64,000 nt of DNA, taken from the NCBI GenBank assembly GCA_963699755.1, contig CAVOVB010000001.1, forward strand, positions 1,248,001 through 1,312,000, written 5' to 3'. A program made the translations under genes and the position numbers. The notes below the pieces were generated by a model. That model was not told where the DNA came from, made no database searches, and worked only from the letters and a program-made list of their open reading frames with translations. The stretch comes from an uncultured delta proteobacterium (GTDB taxonomy: Bacteria > Myxococcota_A > Polyangia > Polyangiales > Houyiibacteriaceae). Positions within the stretch are counted from its first letter, which is position 1. Every line of letters begins with the position of its first letter. This document shows, one piece after another, positions 39,075-47,739 of this stretch.

Positions 39075-40901
39075 CTAGTGCATAGCCGTTGGTGCCGACG
39101 AGCCCGCGGGGATGCGGATGTGCTCGACCATCTCCTGTACGTCCTGGGGTGGCGGCGGGGTGAAGCGGCCAACCACGAATGCCACCACGAAGTTGAGCAG
39201 CATGCCGAGCGCGCCGATCCCCTCCGGTGAGATCCCGAACCAGTATTGGTCGGGGGTGCCGCCCATGAACTTGAAGTAGATGATGTACGCTGCGGTGAAG
39301 GTGATTCCCACCAGCATGCCGCTGACCACGCCTTCTCGGTTGGCCTTCTTGGCAAAGACGCCGAGGATGATCGCCGGGAAGAACGACGAGCATGCGAGAC
39401 CGAAGGCAAAGGCGACGACTTGCGCGACGAACCCCGGTGGGTTGATGCCAAAGTAGCCGGCGATCAAGACCGCGACGCCGGCCGCGACACGCGCGGCAAG
39501 CAGCTCCTGTTTCTCCGTGATCGACGGGACAAACACGCGCTTGAGCAGGTCGTGGCTGATCGACGTGCTCACGACGAGCAACAAGCCAGCCGCCGTTGAA
39601 AGCGCAGCAGCCAAGCCGCCCGCAGCGACCAGCGCGATGACCCAGGCCGGCAGGTTTGCGATCTCCGGGTTGGCGAGGACGATGATGTCGCGGTCGACGT
39701 AGAGCTCGTTCTTGGTGTTCGGGTCAGCGTTGCTAACGACGCGTTGGCCGTGATCGCCGCGTGCCGGGCTGCCATCGGCGGCCTTGGCGAACTCGGGCTT
39801 ACCGGCGAGCGCAGCCCCTGCGACGTATTGGACCTTGCCATCGCCGTTCTTGTCTGCCCACGCGAGTAGGCCGGTGTCCTCCCAGGTCTTGAACCACTGG
39901 GGAATCGACTTCTCTCCCTCGACCTGCGCGTAGTTGGCTTCGCTGACCGTCTCAATCAGATTCGTACGTGCGAAGGCAGCGACTGCGGGAGCCGTGGTGT
40001 AGAGAAGCGCGATGAAGAAGAGTGCCCAGCCGGCGCTGAGGCGGGCATCACGAACTCTCGGCACCGTGTAGAAACGAACGATGACGTGGGGTAGGCCAGC
40101 GGTACCCGCCATGAGCGCGCCGGTGATGCACAGGACGTCCAATGTCGATTTGCTGCCCGACGTGTACTCGGCAAAACCGAGCTCCGTATTCAACTGATTG
40201 AGCTTGTCCAGTAGCTTGATCGTTTCTCCCCCTGCGACTTTCGAACCGACCGCACCGCCGAGCGACGCGCCGAAGCCAATCTGGGGAATCAGGTGATCGG
40301 TGAGCAGAATGCTGATGAAGATGGCCGGAACCAGATAGGCGAAGATCAAGACACAGTACTGGGCGGCCTGCGTGTACGTGATGCCTTTCATGCCGCCGAG
40401 AACGGCATAGAAGAAGACGATCGCCATGCCGATAGCGACGCCGACGTTGATCTCGACCTCGAGGAAGCGGCTGAAGACGACGCCCACGCCGCGCATCTGC
40501 CCGGCGACGTAAGTAAACGAAACGAACACGGCGCAGACGACCGCGACGATACGGGCACCAGTCGAGTAGTACCTGTCTCCGACGAAGTCAGGGACTGTGA
40601 ACTTGCCGAACTTGCGCAGATACGGTGCCAATAAGAGCGCGAGTAAGACATAGCCACCGGTCCAGCCCATCAGGTAGACGGCTCCGTCGTAGCCCATGAA
40701 CGAGATCAGGCCCGCCATGCTGATGAACGAGGCTGCGCTCATCCAGTCAGCGCCGGTCGCCATGCCGTTGACCACTGGGTGGATCCCTCGGCCGGCGATG
40801 TAGAAGTCACCGGTCGTGCTGGCACGCGACCAGATCGCGATGCCGATATAGAGCGCGAAGGTCCCGCCCACGATGATGAATGTCCAAGTCTGTACGTCCA
40901 T
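39075..40901 (-). CDS. actP: Cation/acetate symporter, SSS family (ActP-like)
   Basis: NGMATGADWMSAASFIS, GKFTVPDFVGDRY, GTAGLPHVIVRFYT, AAALSTAAGLL; AGGAGA SD. Confidence 0.88.
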   Translation of the reverse strand: MDVQTWTFIIVGGTFALYIGIAIWSRASTTGDFYIAGRGIHPVVNGMATGADWMSAASFISMAGLISFMGYDGAVYLMGWTGGYVLLALLLAPYLRKFGKFTVPDFVGDRYYSTGARIVAVVCAVFVSFTYVAGQMRGVGVVFSRFLEVEINVGVAIGMAIVFFYAVLGGMKGITYTQAAQYCVLIFAYLVPAIFISILLTDHLIPQIGFGASLGGAVGSKVAGGETIKLLDKLNQLNTELGFAEYTSGSKSTLDVLCITGALMAGTAGLPHVIVRFYTVPRVRDARLSAGWALFFIALLYTTAPAVAAFARTNLIETVSEANYAQVEGEKSIPQWFKTWEDTGLLAWADKNGDGKVQYVAGAALAGKPEFAKAADGSPARGDHGQRVVSNADPNTKNELYVDRDIIVLANPEIANLPAWVIALVAAGGLAAALSTAAGLLLVVSTSISHDLLKRVFVPSITEKQELLAARVAAGVAVLIAGYFGINPPGFVAQVVAFAFGLACSSFFPAIILGVFAKKANREGVVSGMLVGITFTAAYIIYFKFMGGTPDQYWFGISPEGIGALGMLLNFVVAFVVGRFTPPPPQDVQEMVEHIRIPAGSSAPTAMH

Positions 40902-40928
40902 GGTTCTCTCCTTTTGTGACTCGAACGA

Positions 40929-41267
40929 TCAGTCCTCGTGAACGTCAAACTCTTTGTCGAGCTTGTTCATCAACCAGGAGTAGATGAAGATCAGGGCTAC
41001 GAACACGTAGATCGAACCCTGCTGCGCAAACCAGAAACCAACCTTGAAGCCGGTGCCCGGGATGGTGAAATTGTCGAGCGCGCCCACCCAGAGAATCCCG
41101 GCGCCGTACGAGACGAGCCACCAGATAGCGAGAAATGCGAACAAGAGTCGAAGATTCCTTTTCCAGTAGCGCGTCGCGTGCTCCGCGCTGTGTGGCGCGC
41201 GGTCGTCCCTTCGTTTCGATTCGGTCGTCATCGTGTGTTCCGTTTCTCCGCCGTCGGCGGTAGTCAC
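40929..41267 (-). CDS. DUF4212 small membrane subunit of the SSS transporter
   Basis: YWKRNL, GFWFAQQGSIYVF, MNKLDKEFDV; GTGA overlap with acs stop (alternative ATG at 41231). Confidence 0.9.
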   Translation of the reverse strand: MTTADGGETEHTMTTESKRRDDRAPHSAEHATRYWKRNLRLLFAFLAIWWLVSYGAGILWVGALDNFTIPGTGFKVGFWFAQQGSIYVFVALIFIYSWLMNKLDKEFDVHED

Positions 41268-43180
41268 CCCTTCTTCAACAGCGCCTCGACCACGCTTGGG
41301 TCGGCTAGGGTCGAAAGATCTCCGAGTTGGTCTCCTTCACCGGCAGCGATCTTGCGGAGGATGCGCCGCATGATCTTTCCGGAGCGGGTCTTCGGAAGGC
41401 CGGGCACGACCCGGATTTCATCCGGCGTGGCGATCGGACCGATCGCCTGGCGCACCTGCTCTTTGAGTGCGCCTTGAAGCTCGTGTGGCTCCCAGTCTCC
41501 GCCCGCGATCGGGACGACGAAGGCAAAGATGCCCTGACCTTTGATCTCGTGCGGGCAGGGAACCACCGCTGCCTCCGCGACTGCCTGGTGCGCCACGAGC
41601 GCACTTTCCACCTCGGCAGTGCCCAGACGATGGCCGGAGACATTGATCACGTCGTCAACGCGCCCCGTAATCCAGTAGTACCCATCCTCGTCGCGTCGGC
41701 AGCCGTCGCCGGTGAAGTAGTACGGTGGATACTGAGAGAAGTACGTCTCGATGAAGCGCTTGTGGTTGCCATGAATCGTACGCGCCTGGCCCGGCCATGG
41801 GTGCTTGATGCAGAGCAAACCACTGACGTCGTTCCCCTCGAGCACCTTGCCTTCTGGGTCTACGATGACCGGCTCGATGCCGAATAGCGGGAGGGTCGCC
41901 GAGCCTGGTTTGGTAGGAGTTGCGTTCGGAAGCGGGCTGATCAGGATCCCGCCGGTTTCGGTCTGCCACCAGGTGTCAACGATGGGCACTTTACCGTTGC
42001 CCACGACCTCGCTGTACCAGCGCCATACCTCGGGGTTGATTGGCTCACCAACGGTGCCCAAGACCCGCAGGGACTTGCGGCTCGAGCCCTTGACCGGCTC
42101 CGAGCCCTCGCGCATGAGGGCTCGGAGCGCGGTGGGCGAGGTGTAGAGCGTCGTCGCGCCGATGTCATCGATGACGTTCCAGTACCTACTCGCGTTGGGA
42201 TATGTGGGAACCGATTCGAACATCACCGTGGTTATGCCGTTCGCGAGCGGACCATAAATGATATAGCTGTGGCCCGTGATCCAACCGATGTCCGCTGCGC
42301 AGAAATGAATGTCATCGGGCCGAATGTCGAAGACGTACTTGAACGTCGACGCCGCGTACGTGAGGTATCCCGCGGTGGTGTGAACCAAACCCTTCGGCTT
42401 TCCAGTCGAGCCGGAGGTATAGAGAATGAAAAGCGGGTCTTCCGAAGCCATCCATTCGCTCGGGCAGGTGATGCGCTGCTCGGCCATTGCCTCGTGCATC
42501 CAGATGTCCCGGCCTTGCTCCATGGGCACTTCGGTGTCGGTGCGCTTCACGACCAAAACACTCTCGACGATGGCAAGGCCCTCGACCGCATCGTCGGTGA
42601 TCTTCTTCAGAGGGATGCGTTTCCCGCCACGCAGGCCCTCGTTTGACGTGACCACCACCTTTGCCTCCGCATCGATGATCCGGTCACGGAGCGCGTCGGC
42701 GCTGAAACCCCCGAACACAATCGAGTGAACCGCCCCGATACGGGCGCATGCAAGCATTGTGTAGGCCAGCTCGGGAATCATCGGAAGATAGATACAAACC
42801 CTGTCGCCCTTCCGGACACCCAATGATTTCAGCGCGTTGGCTACTCGACCGACGTAGGTCTTCAGGTCGCCGAAGGAGATGTGCTCGTATTCGCCGGGCT
42901 CGTCCGCGACGAAGATGATCGCGGTCTTGTTGGGGTCCTTGGCCACGTGCCGATCGATGCAGTTGACCGCCGCATTGAGTCGACCGCCTCCAAACCAGAC
43001 GAACTCCCCCGGCCCATGTTCCTCGAACACACTGTAGGACGGGTAGAACCAGTGCAGTTCCTCGCCCTGACGTTTCCAATACTCCTGGGGGTCGGTGACG
43101 CTGTCTTCGTAGAGGCTCTGGTACTCCTCCAGATCGGTGATGCGTCTTCTGTATTTGAGCGGGGGTTGTGAGAGTGTCAT
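41264..43180 (-). CDS. acs: Acetyl-CoA synthetase (AMP-forming)
   Basis: LYTSGSTGKPKG, VGEPINPEVWRWY, DTWWQTETGG, LPKTRSGKIMRR; AAGGT SD 6 nt before ATG 43180. Confidence 0.95.
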   Translation of the reverse strand: MTLSQPPLKYRRRITDLEEYQSLYEDSVTDPQEYWKRQGEELHWFYPSYSVFEEHGPGEFVWFGGGRLNAAVNCIDRHVAKDPNKTAIIFVADEPGEYEHISFGDLKTYVGRVANALKSLGVRKGDRVCIYLPMIPELAYTMLACARIGAVHSIVFGGFSADALRDRIIDAEAKVVVTSNEGLRGGKRIPLKKITDDAVEGLAIVESVLVVKRTDTEVPMEQGRDIWMHEAMAEQRITCPSEWMASEDPLFILYTSGSTGKPKGLVHTTAGYLTYAASTFKYVFDIRPDDIHFCAADIGWITGHSYIIYGPLANGITTVMFESVPTYPNASRYWNVIDDIGATTLYTSPTALRALMREGSEPVKGSSRKSLRVLGTVGEPINPEVWRWYSEVVGNGKVPIVDTWWQTETGGILISPLPNATPTKPGSATLPLFGIEPVIVDPEGKVLEGNDVSGLLCIKHPWPGQARTIHGNHKRFIETYFSQYPPYYFTGDGCRRDEDGYYWITGRVDDVINVSGHRLGTAEVESALVAHQAVAEAAVVPCPHEIKGQGIFAFVVPIAGGDWEPHELQGALKEQVRQAIGPIATPDEIRVVPGLPKTRSGKIMRRILRKIAAGEGDQLGDLSTLADPSVVEALLKKG

Positions 43181-43214
43181 CGGCAAACCTTACATTTAGG
43201 CGCACCGATTTCCA

Positions 43215-43231
43215 CGCAATACTCGTACCAA
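43215..43231 (-). promoter_or_regulatory. sigma54 (RpoN) -24/-12 promoter of acs
   Basis: Minus strand TTGGTACGAGTATTGCG matches TGGYAC-N5-TTGC with exact GG-N10-GC spacing, 35 nt upstream of the acs ATG. Confidence 0.8.
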
Positions 43232-43283
43232 CAAGGCCGATCAAGAAACCACTTTGGATCTTCGTCTAACGCGGCGCGGCAAG

Positions 43284-43320
43284 CGTTACGATTCGTAGCA
43301 GCGCGCTACAGATCGAAACG
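43284..43320. promoter_or_regulatory. Putative CbrB enhancer (UAS): GTTAC-N5-GTAGC and GCTAC-N5-GAAAC, 20 bp apart
   Basis: Units at 43285-43299 and 43305-43319; the whole element is a 13/16 inverted repeat; about 55-90 bp upstream of the -24 box. Confidence 0.55.
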
Positions 43321-43336
43321 CTCTGGAAACGCGTAT

Positions 43337-44674
43337 TCACTGTCCAGGTGGGCGGGAATCGCGCCGAGGAATGCCCATGCGTTGTCGGCGTTCCCAGAGA
43401 GTCTTGCGGCTGATGCCAAGACGCTTCGCCAGCTCGGTCTCGCTCAGCTCGTCCTGATGCGAAAGGACGAATCGCTTGAGGTATGCTTCGAGGGACGCGT
43501 CGTCGCCATTGACCTCGCTCGGGATGCTATCGGACGGACGCGACGAAGGCAGTCCAAGCAGCTCCGCAGTGATTGGCCCAGACTCGTGAAGAATCACCGC
43601 GCGTTCGACGGCGTGCTGAAGCTCGCGCACGTTTCCGGGCCATCTGTACCCTCGCATCGCAATCACCGCGCCCCTGTCGAGCTCGAGCGGTTGGCGCCCG
43701 AGCTTCGTCGTGGCGCGTGCGATGAACACTTCGGCGAGCGCGGGGATATCGTCGCCACGTTCGCAAAGCGGTGGGAGCTCGATCTCGACGACCTTGATGC
43801 GGAAATACAGATCGGCCCGGAATTGCCCGTGTTCTACGAGCATTGGAAGGTTCCGATGAGTCGCCGCAACGAGCCGGATGTCGACCGACTCGGCCTTTCG
43901 CGCGCCGACGCGCCGGACCTCGCGCTGTTGAAGGATTCGCAGCAAGCGCGCCTGTGCGGCCTGGGACAACTCGCCGATCTCATCGAGGAAGAGCGTTCCG
44001 CCGTCGGCGGCATGCACCAGACCTTGCTGCCGGCTCGAAGCGCCCGTGAACGCGCCCTTCTCGTGTCCGAACAGCTCGGATTCGAGCAGCGTTTCTGGAA
44101 TCGACGCGCAGTTCACCGGGACGAATGCACCCGTGCGGGCGCTTTGGTTGTGCACCGCGCGCGCGATCAGCTCTTTGCCCGTGCCCGACTCACCGAGGAT
44201 CAACACCGTTGCCTCGGTCGGCGCGACTTTGCGCGCCCAACGCAAGGTTTCCTGCATTGGGCTCGATTGGGTTGCAACGATGTCGTAGGGATCTGCCTTT
44301 GCGCTCACGTCGCCCAATGCGAGCGCGGCACGCTGGCGGAGCACGCGCTCGACGGCGGCGCTCAACTCGTCTGGCTCGAAGGGCTTCGAAAGATAGTCGG
44401 CCGCACCCCGTTTCATCGCGTCCACCGCCGCGCTCACCGAACCATAGGCCGTCATCACGATGACCGGGACCTGACCTACGCGTTCAAGCAAGACGTCACC
44501 CGCCTCACCGGCCAGCCTCACGTCGGTGATCACCAAGTCGAAGCACTCGGGGCGCTCTCTTTCGGCCGCCGCAACACTCGCGACGGCGATGAGCTCGTGC
44601 CCATCCCGTTTGAGGATACGCTCGATCTCCGCGCGGATGACCCGCTCATCCTCCACCAAAAGGATCTTCGCCAC
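43337..44674 (-). CDS. cbrB: sigma54-dependent response regulator (REC-AAA+-HTH), CbrB-like
   Basis: REC domain; GESGTGKE, ELFGHEKGAFTGA; C-terminus SLEAYLKRFVLSHQDELSETELAKRLGISRKTLWERRQRMGIPRR resembles the Pseudomonas CbrB tail as I recall it. Confidence 0.8.
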   Translation of the reverse strand: MAKILLVEDERVIRAEIERILKRDGHELIAVASVAAAERERPECFDLVITDVRLAGEAGDVLLERVGQVPVIVMTAYGSVSAAVDAMKRGAADYLSKPFEPDELSAAVERVLRQRAALALGDVSAKADPYDIVATQSSPMQETLRWARKVAPTEATVLILGESGTGKELIARAVHNQSARTGAFVPVNCASIPETLLESELFGHEKGAFTGASSRQQGLVHAADGGTLFLDEIGELSQAAQARLLRILQQREVRRVGARKAESVDIRLVAATHRNLPMLVEHGQFRADLYFRIKVVEIELPPLCERGDDIPALAEVFIARATTKLGRQPLELDRGAVIAMRGYRWPGNVRELQHAVERAVILHESGPITAELLGLPSSRPSDSIPSEVNGDDASLEAYLKRFVLSHQDELSETELAKRLGISRKTLWERRQRMGIPRRDSRPPGQ

Positions 44675-44714
44675 CGGTGATTAGTACCAAAGGAGTGCAC
44701 TGTCCTTCAATCCC

Positions 44715-47582
44715 TCAGTTTTCATAGGCTTGGAGGGCGATCGTGAACCGGCTTCCGCCGGCCCGACGTGGCTCGTAACGGAGTGAGCCCCCAAAGCGCT
44801 CCACGATCTGGCGAGACACCGAAAGACCCAGCCCCGTGCCCTGGCCGTCCGGCTTCGTAGTAAAAAAGGGCTCGAAAACGCGGGAAGAAAGCTCTTCGGG
44901 GATGCCCGGGCCCTCGTCGTCCACCTCGATGAGCACCGAACCGTTGTCGACGCGCGTCCGCACGTACACGGTTGCGCCGGACGAGCAGGCCTGGCGCGCG
45001 TTGTTCAACAGGTTTACAAGGACCTGAGTTAACCCATCAGGGCTTGCCATCGCAGGTGCGTCGACGGAGAGATCCAGGTCGATTCGACAGCCCTCGGTCT
45101 CGAGCTTCGCGAGCTCCGCGGCGTTGCGGATCACTCCAGCGACGGGGATAGCCTGTAGCTCGACCGGGGTCTCATCCCGCCGGCTGAAGGTGAGCAGGCT
45201 CTGCACGATCCCGTGAATGCGCTGTGCCTCATCCACGATGATTCCGAGTCGATCGGCGGCGTCGGCCGCGCCCGGGTCCGCTGCGAGGTTCTTGGCAACC
45301 ATCAAGATTCCGGTCAGCGGGTTGCCCACTTCGTGGGCGACGCCCGAGGCCAGGGTGCCAATCGAGGAGAGGCGATCCTTGTGTGCCACGTGCCGTTCGA
45401 GCTGCCGGAGCGCAGTCACGTCTTCGACGACGAACACTCGACCCTCCTCGGACTCGCCGGGGATCGTCGCGGTTTGCGCACGCAGCTCGATCTTTCCGTC
45501 TCCCAGGTCGTACTCACGTTCGACGACCGAGCCCGTTGGCTGACGGGCGAGCTCGTCGAACAGCGGCCACCAAGGGTCTGGGATGTCATGCATCGCGTGA
45601 CCGCAAATGTCGTCTTCATCCAGGCCCGAAATGCGCTCGAGCTGTGCGTTCCAGATGACCACCTCTTCGTGGTCATCGACCGTACAGACGCCCACTGGCA
45701 GCTCCGACATCAGCCGTGAAAGGTAGCGGCGCGCCGCCTGTGCGGGTGAGTTTCGCTGCGACCCTACGGCGTAGCGCGAGTCGAGCTCTCTGAAAGCGCG
45801 CAGCCGTTCCGCGAGCGCATCTGCACGAACCGGTCGGCCACCTTGGACGTAGGTCCGGGCCGCCAGAGGGCCTATGCGCTCGCTGAGGCGTCCTTCGAGC
45901 TCGGTGATCAACCGAAGGAGCTCCGGCCGGTCCCGCGGCGGCCAGAAGACGTCGGCCGCGGCCGCGGCCTGGTAGATCTCCTCGATTGCGGTTCTCTTTC
46001 CGACGTACGAGGTCAAGCGTTCCTGAAGCGCCTCGGCGGAATCGGGGACTTGCAAGAGCCGAGTCACGCGCGGTTCACGACAGGCCTCCGCGGCGTTGCG
46101 CTCCTCAGCAGAGCGTGTGGTGAGCAGGGAGACGCCCATGAAGACGAACGCATGCGCCGTGAAGCTCAGCCAGATCGCCGGTCCTCTGGCGCCCGGGTCG
46201 GTGAAACCAAAGAGCGCGTAAAGGCTCGACGCGTCGAACTCGACGCCGAACAATGGTGATGCGGTCAGCAGCGCCCAAGAGGTCGCGCCCACGAATAACC
46301 CCGCTAGCACTCCGGCCCGTGTCGCGCGCCGCCAAAAGAGCGCGCCGAGCAATCCGGGTAGCAGATGAGTGACCGCGACGAACGAGGCGAGCCCGAGATC
46401 GACGAGCGAGCGCGTCCGCGGAAGGGTGAAATGAATGAGCAAGCCGGCGACGACGACCCCGATGATGGTCGAGCGGCGAAAGACCGCCCAACGCGTCAGC
46501 AGCGACTCAGGACTCGGCCCGAACCGCGGTACGAGATAGTTCGAAACCATGCCACTGAGGGCGATCGAAGACACCAAGATCATCGCACTTGCGGCGGACA
46601 CGGCTCCGAGGAATGCAAGCGTTTGGAGAGCTGGAGAGCTTTGAACCGCGACGAGAACATAGACGTCGGGTCGGACGCCCGGCGCTGCGAGGTCGCGGCC
46701 GGCCCAGTAGAGGATCGGCACCGGTAGGTTGATCGCGAATAGGTAGAGTGGCAGGGCCCATCGGGCGGTTTTGAGGCTTCGCGGGCCGGGTCGCTGAACA
46801 AACGCGACGAAGAACTGACGAGGAAGCAGGAACGCCGCGCAAAACGTGACGAACACAAGTGCGATCCAGGAGTCGCCCATCACCGGGCTGACCATGTTCT
46901 CGACGAGATTAGGCTGCGCTCGCAGATACTCGTTGAGGTCGCGGAACCCGCCAAAGACGGCGAACAAGGCCGCACCGCCGACCACAAGCAAAGCGATGAG
47001 CTTGAACACGCTCTCGAACGCCAGCGTTGCGATGAGCCCGGGCCGATGCGCGCGACCGTCGGCGTAACGCACGCCGAGCGTCACGGCAAATGCGCTCAAC
47101 AAGAGCGCGTAGACGGAGCCGAGCTCTTCGCTTGGTGCCTCGCCGACCAGAATCGCGGCCCCGTCCGCAACCGCACGGAGCTGCAGCGCGATATAGGGCA
47201 GCAGACCTGCGACCATGAAAAGCGAAACCGCAGCGCCCAGGGTGCGGCTTTGGTATCGAAAGGCGAAGACATCAGCGATGCTCCCGAGCCGATAACGGTC
47301 GACGAGCTCCGCCACTGGCGCCCAGAGAAAGGGGATCGCGATGCAGGACAGGGTGACGCCGAAGTAGATCGCCAAGAAGTCGTAGCCTTCGGTCGCAGCG
47401 AACCCGACGCTTCCGAACAAGGTCCAGGTCGTGGCGTAGACGCCGAGAGCGAGCGCGTAGCTGAAACGGTTGCGCCCCAGGCGGCCCCAGCGTGGCGAGC
47501 GTTCGACGACCTCTGAGCCGAGGATGTAGAGGCCGAGCAGTGCGACCGCGAGGAAGAAGAGGATGAAGTGATTAAGCTGCAT
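44715..47582 (-). CDS. cbrA: SLC5-STAC-PAS-HisKA-HATPase sensor histidine kinase, CbrA-like
   Basis: YALALGVYATTW.LFGSVG, ESVFKL, LLPRQF SLC5 sensor motifs; STAC-like helices; PAS; GVAHEVGNPLTGI H-box; no C-terminal REC domain. Confidence 0.82.
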   Translation of the reverse strand: MQLNHFILFFLAVALLGLYILGSEVVERSPRWGRLGRNRFSYALALGVYATTWTLFGSVGFAATEGYDFLAIYFGVTLSCIAIPFLWAPVAELVDRYRLGSIADVFAFRYQSRTLGAAVSLFMVAGLLPYIALQLRAVADGAAILVGEAPSEELGSVYALLLSAFAVTLGVRYADGRAHRPGLIATLAFESVFKLIALLVVGGAALFAVFGGFRDLNEYLRAQPNLVENMVSPVMGDSWIALVFVTFCAAFLLPRQFFVAFVQRPGPRSLKTARWALPLYLFAINLPVPILYWAGRDLAAPGVRPDVYVLVAVQSSPALQTLAFLGAVSAASAMILVSSIALSGMVSNYLVPRFGPSPESLLTRWAVFRRSTIIGVVVAGLLIHFTLPRTRSLVDLGLASFVAVTHLLPGLLGALFWRRATRAGVLAGLFVGATSWALLTASPLFGVEFDASSLYALFGFTDPGARGPAIWLSFTAHAFVFMGVSLLTTRSAEERNAAEACREPRVTRLLQVPDSAEALQERLTSYVGKRTAIEEIYQAAAAADVFWPPRDRPELLRLITELEGRLSERIGPLAARTYVQGGRPVRADALAERLRAFRELDSRYAVGSQRNSPAQAARRYLSRLMSELPVGVCTVDDHEEVVIWNAQLERISGLDEDDICGHAMHDIPDPWWPLFDELARQPTGSVVEREYDLGDGKIELRAQTATIPGESEEGRVFVVEDVTALRQLERHVAHKDRLSSIGTLASGVAHEVGNPLTGILMVAKNLAADPGAADAADRLGIIVDEAQRIHGIVQSLLTFSRRDETPVELQAIPVAGVIRNAAELAKLETEGCRIDLDLSVDAPAMASPDGLTQVLVNLLNNARQACSSGATVYVRTRVDNGSVLIEVDDEGPGIPEELSSRVFEPFFTTKPDGQGTGLGLSVSRQIVERFGGSLRYEPRRAGGSRFTIALQAYEN

Positions 47583-47739
47583 GGTCGGTGCGATGAATCA
47601 GCGCCACGACCGCGATCATCCCCAGCCAGAATGCAAAGGGAGACCACCAGGTCTGAAGCCAGACAGCCCGAACCGGGGTCGCGATGAGCACGATCGCAAC
47701 CGCGAACAGAAGCAGCGCACGCTCTTGCTCCCTGTTCAT
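47572..47739 (-). CDS. cbrX: 55-aa two-TM small protein, CbrX-like (not in the ORF track)
   Basis: MNREQERALLLFAVAIVLIATPVRAVWLQTWWSPFAFWLGMIAVVALIHRTDHAA*; ATG abuts the prpE stop (TAAATG); stop overlaps the cbrA start by 11 nt. Confidence 0.75.
   Translation of the reverse strand: MNREQERALLLFAVAIVLIATPVRAVWLQTWWSPFAFWLGMIAVVALIHRTDHAA

Noticed and set aside
43187..43336. CrcZ-like sRNA downstream of cbrB
   Set aside because: The gap is only 150 nt, has no AANAANAA repeats, and the sigma54 promoter leads straight into the acs SD and ATG.
44715..47582. Calling the sensor CrbS because it neighbours acs/actP
   Set aside because: No C-terminal receiver domain, and the partner is an AAA+ sigma54 activator rather than LuxR-type CrbR.
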